Translations under genes and position numbers: made by a program
Notes under the pieces: generated by a model
The model's input: only the letters and a program-made list of their open reading frames with translations
The model's database searches: none
What the model was told of the DNA's origin: nothing
Assembly: GCA_027339745.1 (NCBI GenBank)
Contig: DAHWNW010000002.1
Location: forward strand, 55,725 to 119,724
Length of the DNA stretch: 64,000 bases
DNA from: Nitrososphaerota archaeon
GTDB lineage: Archaea > Thermoproteota > Nitrososphaeria > Nitrososphaerales > Gagatemarchaeaceae
Reading direction: 5' to 3'
Part shown: piece by piece, positions 19,212-27,602 of the stretch
Numbering within the stretch: the stretch's first letter is position 1
Layout of the letters: each line of letters starts with the position of its first letter

Positions 19212-20126
19212 CTAGGGCTTGGCCAGCGTCAGCCACTTCGCGTAACGCTTGTCCTTCCCGTGGATTGTCCGGTCGTAGAGCTCCGCGAGCCTGTCCGTGA
19301 TCGGGGTCCCGTCATCCCCGATCTTCCTCCCGTCGATCTCACTCACTTTGGCGATCCCGGCGGCGGTGCCGCTGAAGAACACCTCGTCCGAGGTGTAGAG
19401 CTCTTCCTTGGTGGCGTCGTTCCTGTAGAAGGTGATCTTCTCGTCGCGCGCGAATTGGATGATGGTGTCGCGGGTTATGCCTCTGAGTATCCCAGAACTC
19501 GCCGGCGGGGTGCTGAGTATCCCGTCTTTGACCCTGAAGATGTTCTCCCCCGGCCCCTCTGCGACCATCCCGTTGGAGTTCAGGAGTATGGCCTCGTCAT
19601 ACCCCGCAGCGACGGCCTGCATCTTTGCCAGGGCAGAGTTGGCGTAGTTTGCCGCGCACTTCGCCTGGACTGGCATCGCCCTCGAGTCTATCCTGACCCA
19701 GTTGGTGATCGTGGCCCTCACCCCCCTGTTGGAAGCGTCACCGAGGTATGCGCCCCACTCCCAGGAGCCGATTGCGACAGATATCTTGCTGGTCAGAGGG
19801 TTAAGCCCCATCTCACCGTAACCGGTGAACGCGATCGGCCTGATGTAACACTCCTTGGCAGGGTTGTTCCTCACGAGGTCTACGCACGCCTGGGCTATCT
19901 CCTTCGCGGAGAACCCCAGGTTCATCCGGTAGATCTTAGCGCTGTTCATCAAGCGCTCGATGTGCTCAGACAACCTGAATATCGCCGTCCCCTCGGGGGT
20001 TTCGAAGGCCCTTATCCCTTCGAATATCGCCATGCCGTAGTGGAGCCCGTGAGTGAGGACGTGTATCTTCGCGTCGTCCCAGGGGACGAACTTTCCGTCC
20101 ATCCAGATTTTCTTCTGCGGCTTCAT
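19212..20126 (-). CDS. ilvE: Branched-chain amino acid aminotransferase
   Basis: LHYG..IFEGIR, YIRP, AK..ANY, EGPGEN, LRGITR and GTAA. Confidence 0.93.
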   Translation of the reverse strand: MKPQKKIWMDGKFVPWDDAKIHVLTHGLHYGMAIFEGIRAFETPEGTAIFRLSEHIERLMNSAKIYRMNLGFSAKEIAQACVDLVRNNPAKECYIRPIAFTGYGEMGLNPLTSKISVAIGSWEWGAYLGDASNRGVRATITNWVRIDSRAMPVQAKCAANYANSALAKMQAVAAGYDEAILLNSNGMVAEGPGENIFRVKDGILSTPPASSGILRGITRDTIIQFARDEKITFYRNDATKEELYTSDEVFFSGTAAGIAKVSEIDGRKIGDDGTPITDRLAELYDRTIHGKDKRYAKWLTLAKP

Positions 20127-20154
20127 GCCTGAGTTCGGGCCGGGGGAACCATAT

Positions 20155-20177
20155 TTAGGGAAAGCGCTTTTCCCTAA
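20155..20177. promoter_or_regulatory. Candidate operator TTAGGGAAA-N5-TTTCCCTAA between divergent ilvE and thiolase
   Basis: Perfect 9-bp inverted repeat flanked by AT-rich TATA-like elements. Confidence 0.55.
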
Positions 20178-20218
20178 TCTGCTCCGTTTAAAACGAAGTG
20201 GCGTTGGAGCCAGGTGCC

Positions 20219-21406
20219 ATGACCGACCCAGTGATACTATCCGCTTGCAGGACGCCCATCGGGAAGTTCGGCAAGAGCCTGGTCGGCGTCGCGGCGACGG
20301 AGCTCGGCGCGCTCGTGATAGAGGAGGCCATGAAGAGGGCCAGGGTCGAACCAGGAGAGGTAGACGAGGTGATCATGGGGAACGTCGTGTCTGCCGGCCT
20401 CGGCCAGAACCCAGCGAGGCAGGCGGCGGTGCACGCCGGCGTCCCCTTCAGCGTGGGCGCCTTCACAGTCAACAAGGTCTGCGGGTCAGGGCTCAAAGCA
20501 GTGATGCTGGCAGCGCAGTCTGTCAAGGCGGGGGACAACGATATCGTGGTGGCGGGGGGGATGGAGAGCATGAGCAACGTCCCCTATCTTGCCAAAGGGG
20601 TCAGGTGGGGGACCAAATTCGGGGACGCTAGGCTCTTGGATGGGATGATTGTGGACGGCCTCTGGGACGCATACCACGACTACCACATGGGAGTCACTGG
20701 CGAGAACGTGGCGAAGAGGTTCCGCATCTCGAGGAGGGAAGCGGACGAGTACGCCTATCAGAGCCATATGAAGGCGGCCAGAGCGTCAGAGGATGGGACT
20801 TTCGAACTGGAGAAGGTGAAGGTGAAGGTCAAACGCGAAGGAGGCGAAACCGCAGAGTTCTCAGCCGACGAGTGCGTTAGGGGGGACACCACAGTGGAGA
20901 AGCTGGCGAAGCTGAAGCCTGTCTTCAAGCCCGACGGCGTGCTGACGGCGGGCAATTCATCGCAGCTGAGCGACGGGGCTTCGGCCCTTATCGTCGCCTC
21001 GCAGGAGGCGGCTGACAGCCTAGGGGTCAAGCCACTGGCGAGCATCGTGGGCTACCAGACTGGGGGGGTCGAGCCTGCGAGGGTGATGGAGGCCCCTATA
21101 CCTACGACGAAGGCCCTGCTCAGGAGGCTGAAGATGGACGCGGGAGATGTCGACCTCTTCGAGCACAACGAAGCGTACTCTACCGCGTCCATAGCGGTGA
21201 GGAAAGCCCTCGGCGTCGACGAGTCGAGGTTCAACGTCTGGGGGGGAGCCGTCGCCCTCGGCCATCCAATCGGGTGCAGCGGGGCGCGGGTGCTCACCAC
21301 CTTGATCTACGGGATGAAGAGGGAGGGGAAGAAGACAGGGCTGGCGACCCTCTGCCTGGGCGGCGGGAACGCGGTCTCTATGGTTGTGGAGTCTTGGTCT
21401 CCCTGA
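20219..21406 (+). CDS. Acetyl-CoA C-acetyltransferase (bacterial-type thiolase)
   Basis: NKVCGSG, NEAY, GHPIGCSG and CLGGG catalytic motifs are intact. Confidence 0.93.
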   Translation: MTDPVILSACRTPIGKFGKSLVGVAATELGALVIEEAMKRARVEPGEVDEVIMGNVVSAGLGQNPARQAAVHAGVPFSVGAFTVNKVCGSGLKAVMLAAQSVKAGDNDIVVAGGMESMSNVPYLAKGVRWGTKFGDARLLDGMIVDGLWDAYHDYHMGVTGENVAKRFRISRREADEYAYQSHMKAARASEDGTFELEKVKVKVKREGGETAEFSADECVRGDTTVEKLAKLKPVFKPDGVLTAGNSSQLSDGASALIVASQEAADSLGVKPLASIVGYQTGGVEPARVMEAPIPTTKALLRRLKMDAGDVDLFEHNEAYSTASIAVRKALGVDESRFNVWGGAVALGHPIGCSGARVLTTLIYGMKREGKKTGLATLCLGGGNAVSMVVESWSP

Positions 21407-23060
21407 GCTTCCGCCGAAGGACCTTCCCTATCAGGGTCTTCGGCAGCTCTTGGACGAACTCCACTTCCTTCGGGACCTTGAACTTCGCGAGCCGCTCCTG
21501 GCAGAACTCAATCAACTCCTGAGCGCTGGTGCCTTTGGCGGGGTCCTTCAGTACGACGAACGCCTTCACCGCTTCGCCGCTGAACTGGTTCGGGACGCCG
21601 ATCACCCCCGCCTCTTTCACGTCCGGGTGCTCGAAGAGGACGTCCTCCACCTCCCTCGGGTACACCTTGAGGCCGCCGACGTTTATCATGTCCTTCTTCC
21701 TGTCGACGATATAGAAGTAACCGTCGGGGTCCATCTTGGCTATGTCCCCTGTAAGGAACCAGCCGTCCTTTAGAACAGCCTTGGTCTCTTCCTCCTGGTT
21801 CCAATAGCCTTTCATGACCTGAGGGCCCTTCACGGCGAGCTCGCCGATCTCCCCCGCTTTGAGAGTCTTCTCCCTGTCGGATATGTCCACTATCTTGGCG
21901 TCCGTCTCGCTGAATGGGGGGCCTATGGAGCCGTCCTTGACCACGCCTCCGGTAACCGGGTTGCAGTGGGTCACGGGGCTAGTCTCAGACAGCCCGTATC
22001 CCTCGACGAGGTTACCCCCTGTCAGCTCTATGAACTTCTTCCTGACTGCTGGCGGGAGCGCAGAGCCTCCCGAGAGGCAGGCCCGGACGGACCTGAGGTT
22101 GTACCTCCTCGCCTCGGGCTTGCTGTTGATGGCTATGTACATCGCTGGCGCCCCCGAGAAGATAGTTACCTTCTGGCTCTGTATCGTCTTCATCACCTCT
22201 TCTACGTGGAAGCTGGGGAGGAGAACCATCGCCGCTCCGGCCGCGAGGGGTGCGTTCATGGTCACCGTGAGTCCGTAGATGTGGTAGAGAGGTAGCACGC
22301 ACAATGAGATGTCTCGCTCCGTGATGGGGAAGAGGCTGACGCCGTACTCCGCGTTGGACACGAGGTTGTAATGAGTGAGCATCGCCCCCTTCGACACCCC
22401 GGTGGTCCCCCCTGTGTACTGCAGGACCGCCACGTCATTGACCGGGTCGACGGCAGCGTAGGCGGCCATGGGGGGGTTGGACCGAATCAGGGTCACGAAG
22501 TCGATCGTGTTTTCCCGGGGGACGTCTCGGATCCCGGCGAGGCCGGCGAGGCGCCTCTTCAGGCCCGGCAGGTAGTCGCCGAGCCCCGTCGCTATGACGT
22601 GTCTTAGGGGGAGCCTTCCCCTGCAGCCACCTAGGCTGCTGAAGAGGTCCATCCCTCTCGCCACGGTGCGGCTCGCGACCACAACCTCTGCGCCTGAGTC
22701 CCTGAGCTGGTGCTCCAACTCCCTCTCCTTGTACACCGGGTTGCACATGACGACAATCCCTCCTGCTTTCAGGATGCCGAAGTAGGATACGACGAGCTGC
22801 GGGATGTTGGGGAGGAAGACCGCGACCCTGTCCCCCTTCTTCACTCCGAGCCCCACCAGAGCTGACGCGAACCTCGAACTCAGGTCATCCACTTCGGCGT
22901 AGGTGAAGTCGCGGCCCTGGTAATGGAGGCAACGGTTCCCAGGATGTAGCGCCGCAGAGTCGCTCAGCAGGGCATAGAGCGGCCTGACCTTTGGCCTGGG
23001 GACCGAGTATCTCTCCCCGACCTGCGCCTTGAGCCATGGACGTTCGAGGAGCTCCTGCAT
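21378..23060 (-). CDS. Long-chain fatty acid--CoA ligase (FadD-like)
   Basis: YTGGTTGVSKG, EGYGLSE, TGDIA, DRKKDMI and LPKTLIGK. Confidence 0.9.
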   Translation of the reverse strand: MQELLERPWLKAQVGERYSVPRPKVRPLYALLSDSAALHPGNRCLHYQGRDFTYAEVDDLSSRFASALVGLGVKKGDRVAVFLPNIPQLVVSYFGILKAGGIVVMCNPVYKERELEHQLRDSGAEVVVASRTVARGMDLFSSLGGCRGRLPLRHVIATGLGDYLPGLKRRLAGLAGIRDVPRENTIDFVTLIRSNPPMAAYAAVDPVNDVAVLQYTGGTTGVSKGAMLTHYNLVSNAEYGVSLFPITERDISLCVLPLYHIYGLTVTMNAPLAAGAAMVLLPSFHVEEVMKTIQSQKVTIFSGAPAMYIAINSKPEARRYNLRSVRACLSGGSALPPAVRKKFIELTGGNLVEGYGLSETSPVTHCNPVTGGVVKDGSIGPPFSETDAKIVDISDREKTLKAGEIGELAVKGPQVMKGYWNQEEETKAVLKDGWFLTGDIAKMDPDGYFYIVDRKKDMINVGGLKVYPREVEDVLFEHPDVKEAGVIGVPNQFSGEAVKAFVVLKDPAKGTSAQELIEFCQERLAKFKVPKEVEFVQELPKTLIGKVLRRKLRETKTPQP

Positions 23061-23130
23061 GGGTCGAGGATAACCTCAAACTTGCCTTAAGGGTATCCCT
23101 TAGGAGCAAGGGGGCGGTCTAGGCTTAAGT

Positions 23131-24285
23131 ATGGACGAGAGCGGCGTCATATCGGACCCGAACATGTCTCAGGCCGGGGAGAAGTTTCTCATCCTCTGCG
23201 TCGACCGGGACGACGACTTGAAGTCCAAAGCAAAGGTGGAGTCCCCGGTGGTGGGGAGAGCGGCGGCCATCGAGGCGGCGACGAAACTTGCGCTCGCGGA
23301 CCCCGAGGAGGCGGACGCCAACGCCATCTTCGCGGCGATCAAGAAGTATGACGAGCTCACCACGTCGAAGACGCCTTGCGAGATCGCGGTGGTGTGCGGC
23401 GACCCTGACAGGGGGTTCGAGGCAGACAGGAGGGTCGGGAGGCAGGTCGCCGCCGTGCTCCACGGAGGGAGCTACACAGGGGTGGTGCTCGTGTCAGACG
23501 GAGGAGAAGACGAACAGGTGATGCCGATAATCCAGAGCCAGAAGCCAATCGTCTCCGTGCAGCGGGTGACGGTGAAGCACAGCCAGACCGTGGAGGAGAC
23601 GTACGAGGTCCTCGGGAGATACCTTAGGATGCTGGTGTTCGACCCGCACTATTCGAAGTACGCGCTTGGGGTCCCGGGCCTGATCCTTGTACTCGCTGGG
23701 ATCCTGATAGTCGTCAACAGGACGTTCGAAGCCGGTATTGCCACCCTCCTCATCATAGGCGGGGCGTTCCTAGTCAGGGGGTTTAGCATAGACAGGAACG
23801 TGACAGGCCTCCTCCATAGGGGCCCTACCGGGTTCCTCAGGTTCTTCTCCCTCGTTGCCGGGCTGATCATGGGCATCGTAGGGATCCTTACCGGGTACGG
23901 CGCCATGGTAGGGGATACGCTGGCAGTCAACGCGGTGGTCGCAAACCCCACGAACCTCCTGATCTACGGGGGAGCCCTTGCAGGGGACTTCATCGGCGGG
24001 AGCTTGAACTTCGTGTGGGGTGGGATCGCCATCTACGCCGCTGGTGCCCTCCTCTCTCATTTGGCCAGGGAGAGCGCCCGCTGGAACAGAGACCTCTTCG
24101 TGCTTGTGATGCTTGCCATACTGTATCTCCCGCTTCAGACCTTCTCGGTCTATCTAGTGAGCGGCAACGCCCAGGCGACGTTCCTGCTGGTCTCCGCCAT
24201 CCTCATAGGCCTGGCGGCGATCTTCGCTCTGACCACTGTGATTTATCCGCGGGTGCGGAGCAGGGGCCCCGCAGAAAACGAGTGA
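23131..24285 (+). CDS. DUF373 family archaeal membrane protein
   Basis: LCVDRDDDL, DPEEADAN and VSDGGEDE followed by many TM helices; lies upstream of uppS. Confidence 0.85.
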   Translation: MDESGVISDPNMSQAGEKFLILCVDRDDDLKSKAKVESPVVGRAAAIEAATKLALADPEEADANAIFAAIKKYDELTTSKTPCEIAVVCGDPDRGFEADRRVGRQVAAVLHGGSYTGVVLVSDGGEDEQVMPIIQSQKPIVSVQRVTVKHSQTVEETYEVLGRYLRMLVFDPHYSKYALGVPGLILVLAGILIVVNRTFEAGIATLLIIGGAFLVRGFSIDRNVTGLLHRGPTGFLRFFSLVAGLIMGIVGILTGYGAMVGDTLAVNAVVANPTNLLIYGGALAGDFIGGSLNFVWGGIAIYAAGALLSHLARESARWNRDLFVLVMLAILYLPLQTFSVYLVSGNAQATFLLVSAILIGLAAIFALTTVIYPRVRSRGPAENE

Positions 24286-24288
24286 CAC

Positions 24289-25071
24289 ATGTTAGAATCA
24301 GTGCTGAGATATCTTGGCGCCTACAAGTTCTACGAGGGGAGACTTAAGGCGCAGGTCGAGCGCGAGGAGATACCGAGCCATATCGGGATAATACTCGACG
24401 GGAACAGGCGCTGGGCCCAGATTCAGGGGGTCTCGGATGGTCTCGGCCACGAAGAGGGGGCGAACAGGGCGGAGGAACTCCTCGACTGGTGCCACGACCT
24501 TGGGATCAAGACGGTGACACTCTATGTGCTTTCGACGGAGAACCTAGACAGGACCCCCGAGGAGCTGGCGGCCCTCTTCGGACTCATCGAGGCGAGGCTC
24601 AACAGACTGCTCAGCGACGCCAGGATAGCCAGGTACAGAGTGAAAGTCAGGGCCATCGGCCACCTTGACCTCCTCCCCAAGTCGATAGTGGGGCTCCTGA
24701 CCGCCATAGAGGAGAAGACGGCGGGGTACAGCGACCACTACCTCAACATCGCAGTCGCTTACGGAGGGCGCGCGGAGATAACTGACGTGGTGAGGTCGGT
24801 GGCCCAGGACGTGAAGAGCGGCAAACTCAGCCCCGATGCGATAACCGAAGACACGGTCTCGAAGAGGCTGTACACAGCTTACCTCCCTAACCAAGAGCCG
24901 GACCTCATAATCAGGACTTCGGGGGAGGAGAGGATGAGCGGGTTCCTCCTCTGGCAGGGCGCCTACTCTGAGCTGGTGTTCGTGGACGTCTTCTGGCCGG
25001 CCTTCCGTTACATCGACCTCCTCAGGGGTATCAGGACATACCAGAAGCGCAGGCGAAGGTACGGGCGATGA
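24289..25071 (+). CDS. uppS: cis-polyprenyl diphosphate synthase
   Basis: HIGIILDGNRRWA, STEN, YGGR and IRTSGEERMSGFLLWQ. Confidence 0.95.
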   Translation: MLESVLRYLGAYKFYEGRLKAQVEREEIPSHIGIILDGNRRWAQIQGVSDGLGHEEGANRAEELLDWCHDLGIKTVTLYVLSTENLDRTPEELAALFGLIEARLNRLLSDARIARYRVKVRAIGHLDLLPKSIVGLLTAIEEKTAGYSDHYLNIAVAYGGRAEITDVVRSVAQDVKSGKLSPDAITEDTVSKRLYTAYLPNQEPDLIIRTSGEERMSGFLLWQGAYSELVFVDVFWPAFRYIDLLRGIRTYQKRRRRYGR

Positions 25072-25109
25072 GAAAACATATAGCCTGACCTGAGGAGAGG
25101 GAGAGCAAG

Positions 25110-25556
25110 TTGAAGGTAACCCTCGGGACGCTCAAAGACAAGGGGGACGAGCTGGCAGCCTTCCTGGAGCCTCGTGTAGGCTCGAAGCCTTCCGTCTCGG
25201 GCGACTCGATGGAATTCGACGACGAGAGCGTCAGAGAGGGGGTCAAGCCCAGGCAGGTGAAGACGTACATCAAGCGCTTCCTCTTCATGAACGGGGTCAG
25301 GAAGAAGTACAGGGTGTTCGTCTCTGGGAAAGAGCTCACGGTTCAAGAGATAGTGGTCGGAGAAGAGGCGGAAGAGGAGAAGGAGAAGAAGGCCCAGGCG
25401 AAGAAGCCGGAACCTGAGGTAGAGGCAGAGGAGAAGAAGGAGGAGGAGCCCAAGGCTACTGAATCCGAGGCGGCCGAAGGGCCTGAAGAGAAGCCGAAGA
25501 AGGCCCCCGCCAAGAAGCCCCGGGCGAGCAAGAAGAAGAAGGGAGAAGAATCCTAG
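25110..25556 (+). CDS. Ribosomal protein eL22 (L22e)-like protein with E/K/A-rich C-terminal tail
   Basis: LAAFLEPRV and KPRQVKTYIKRFLFMNGVRKKYRV match eL22 patterns (F..FL.ERI; KR.LK...K.YL....LR...RV) by eye. Confidence 0.6.
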   Translation: MKVTLGTLKDKGDELAAFLEPRVGSKPSVSGDSMEFDDESVREGVKPRQVKTYIKRFLFMNGVRKKYRVFVSGKELTVQEIVVGEEAEEEKEKKAQAKKPEPEVEAEEKKEEEPKATESEAAEGPEEKPKKAPAKKPRASKKKKGEES

Positions 25557-25945
25557 AGCGCCCTGGTCAAGCGAGCCCGCCGAAGCCTCTTAGCTCTCAG
25601 CAGAGCCCGCAAGTAGTTCCTCGACTCGCGCAACCACTTCAAGGATTGGCGGAAGTCACCTAAGGCGAAGCTGTCGGCCCCCTTCCTGAGATTGTCCAGG
25701 GCGAACTTGAGTGCCTGCCTTTCGTCAGGGACGGCGTACCGCTTCAGCTTCACGAAACGGCCTGGATTCTCCTCATCCAAGTCGAGCCTGATGAACGCGA
25801 TGCTCTTCTCCAGATTCAGGTACGCCATCCATACGGACCGGATCTGCTCTTCGCTGGGCTCGCCCGAGACGGAGGCGAGGGCGGATTCGAGCCTCCCCGC
25901 CGCTTCCGCGAGGTCCCGCGCTGTCTCGTCCCTCCAACCGCTCAG
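25553..25945 (-). CDS. Hypothetical helical protein, probable CTG start
   Basis: The frame stays open and protein-like upstream of ATG 25828 to a CTG at 25945, with GGAGG upstream of it. Confidence 0.6.
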   Translation of the reverse strand: MSGWRDETARDLAEAAGRLESALASVSGEPSEEQIRSVWMAYLNLEKSIAFIRLDLDEENPGRFVKLKRYAVPDERQALKFALDNLRKGADSFALGDFRQSLKWLRESRNYLRALLRAKRLRRARLTRAL

Positions 25946-26033
25946 GTCCCCGGCCCGCCTCCATTGAGGAACCGCATCGGGGGAGTTTCCGCCTCTGATT
26001 ATTTATAACCAAGACAGGAGCGCCCCGCTTCGA

Positions 26034-26711
26034 TTGCCGAAGAAGGAAGAACAGAGGATAGGGGGCGCGTGCTACATCGGCCTGGATTCGCTCCTCGACC
26101 TCGGCAGGCTTTCGTGCGCCCTCGAGAGGGCTCCGTTCCCGCTCTTCGCGTTCAAAGAGGGGAAGTCGACCAGGATCGCTGCACAGGCGGACCTCTTCAT
26201 GGGGACCCCGATCTTCTACTACTTCGACAACGGGGCGGTCGACGAGTTCCTCGCTTACAGGATCACCGGTGAAGGGGAGGAGGTGCAGTTCGTGAGCTCG
26301 GCGAGCAACGCGTCTTACCTCTATGCTCCTGTGATAAGGGTCATGAAGATGCCCAAACCCCTCGAGGGGAAGCTCGGTTTCCAGGACAAGTTCATGTCCG
26401 TGGAGGTGGAGAACGTCCCGAGCCTCGTCAAGGTGGGCGCGTACAAGACCCTCTTCGAGGAGCCTCCGCTGCCTCTCTTCGCTTTCAAGCATGGAGGCGG
26501 GTGGGTCCTGGGGACCTTTGCCCGCATCGACGACTATGAAGAGGCGTCCATATTCTTCTACGCGATGGTGAAGGAGGAACCGTCGAGCTTCCTGAGATAC
26601 ACGTACGATAGGATCACCGAAACCACCTATGTCAGGCGGACGGACGAACCTGGGTTCCACTACATCAAGGTCGTCAAGCTCACCGGGGCTCATCCACTGG
26701 TGGAGTTCTGA
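26034..26711 (+). CDS. Hypothetical protein with an internal two-fold repeat
   Basis: Both halves contain P.PLFAFK.G, IF.Y and FL.Y. TATA-like TTTATAA at about 26002. Confidence 0.75.
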   Translation: MPKKEEQRIGGACYIGLDSLLDLGRLSCALERAPFPLFAFKEGKSTRIAAQADLFMGTPIFYYFDNGAVDEFLAYRITGEGEEVQFVSSASNASYLYAPVIRVMKMPKPLEGKLGFQDKFMSVEVENVPSLVKVGAYKTLFEEPPLPLFAFKHGGGWVLGTFARIDDYEEASIFFYAMVKEEPSSFLRYTYDRITETTYVRRTDEPGFHYIKVVKLTGAHPLVEF

Positions 26712-27121
26712 GCCACCCTCCTCACGAACTTCTCGGCGTCGGTCAGCGTGAACTTCGAGTTGTTGTAGGAAGCTTTGTGGACCGCTTCGCTGTATTTGAA
26801 CCAGCCGAAGCCCTGGTGCTCGAATGATATCCTCACCTTCTCCGAGTCGGTGGACGCGAGCATGTACACGACCTGCTTGTGCACGTTCTTGCCGTCCCTG
26901 CGATAGTAGTACTCTATCACCTTCCTGAACCCGGGGATTATGCTGATGCCTTTCAGTCCGGTCTCCTCCTCCACCTCCCTCAGGACGGTCTGGAGTTCGC
27001 TCTCTCCCTCCTCGACGCCCCCCTTGGGGAAGTCCCAGCGTCCGGCGTTGAGCAGGAGCAGGTACATCCGTCCCCCAGGGGTCTCCCTGAAGACCACCGC
27101 ACCGGCAGACTTCTCTTCCAT
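26690..27121 (-). CDS. NUDIX hydrolase, Ap4A-hydrolase-like
   Basis: SAGAVVF, WDFPKG, Nudix box GVEEGESELQTVLREVEEETG and S.EH. Confidence 0.9.
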   Translation of the reverse strand: MEEKSAGAVVFRETPGGRMYLLLLNAGRWDFPKGGVEEGESELQTVLREVEEETGLKGISIIPGFRKVIEYYYRRDGKNVHKQVVYMLASTDSEKVRISFEHQGFGWFKYSEAVHKASYNNSKFTLTDAEKFVRRVAQNSTSG

Positions 27122-27234
27122 CGCCCGCCATGACAGAGGCGACGGATTAATATGATTCACCGGGCGTCGGCATGACGATGCCCCCGGTGGAGGATTCTTA
27201 CCGCCTCGGGGGGACGGAAATGGAAGCGGTCTGA

Positions 27235-27546
27235 ATGCGTTTCGTTGATAGGTTGAAACAGAAGGTGCAACGGGAGAATCTTTGGTTCTTCATCCTCATC
27301 CTCCTGTCGACCGAGGAAAGGTACGGCTTTGAGCTCAGGGAGCTCATAAACGAAAAGTTCGGATTCTGGAGCGGGAACGTGACCGCGTACCGCGTGCTCT
27401 ATAACCTCCAAAGGTCAGGCATGGTGCAGGTGGAGATTAGAGACAGACGGAAGTACTACCACATCACTGAGCTCGGCCGCCAGGAGCTGCAGGCTGCAAG
27501 GGCATTCCTGCAGGCGCTTCTTCAGGGCCAGGGGGCGCCCCAATGA
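27235..27546 (+). CDS. PadR family transcriptional regulator
   Basis: YGFEL, Y.VL..L...G.V and RKYYHITELG. Confidence 0.88.
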   Translation: MRFVDRLKQKVQRENLWFFILILLSTEERYGFELRELINEKFGFWSGNVTAYRVLYNLQRSGMVQVEIRDRRKYYHITELGRQELQAARAFLQALLQGQGAPQ

Positions 27547-27548
27547 CC

Positions 27549-27562
27549 TTTACAACAGTAAA
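27549..27562. promoter_or_regulatory. Palindrome TTTAC-N4-GTAAA upstream of ino1
   Basis: Perfect 5-bp inverted repeat between padR and ino1. Confidence 0.35.
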
Positions 27563-27602
27563 ATAGTGGCTGATATACCCTCGGGGCAGGGAGGAAGAGA
27601 AG

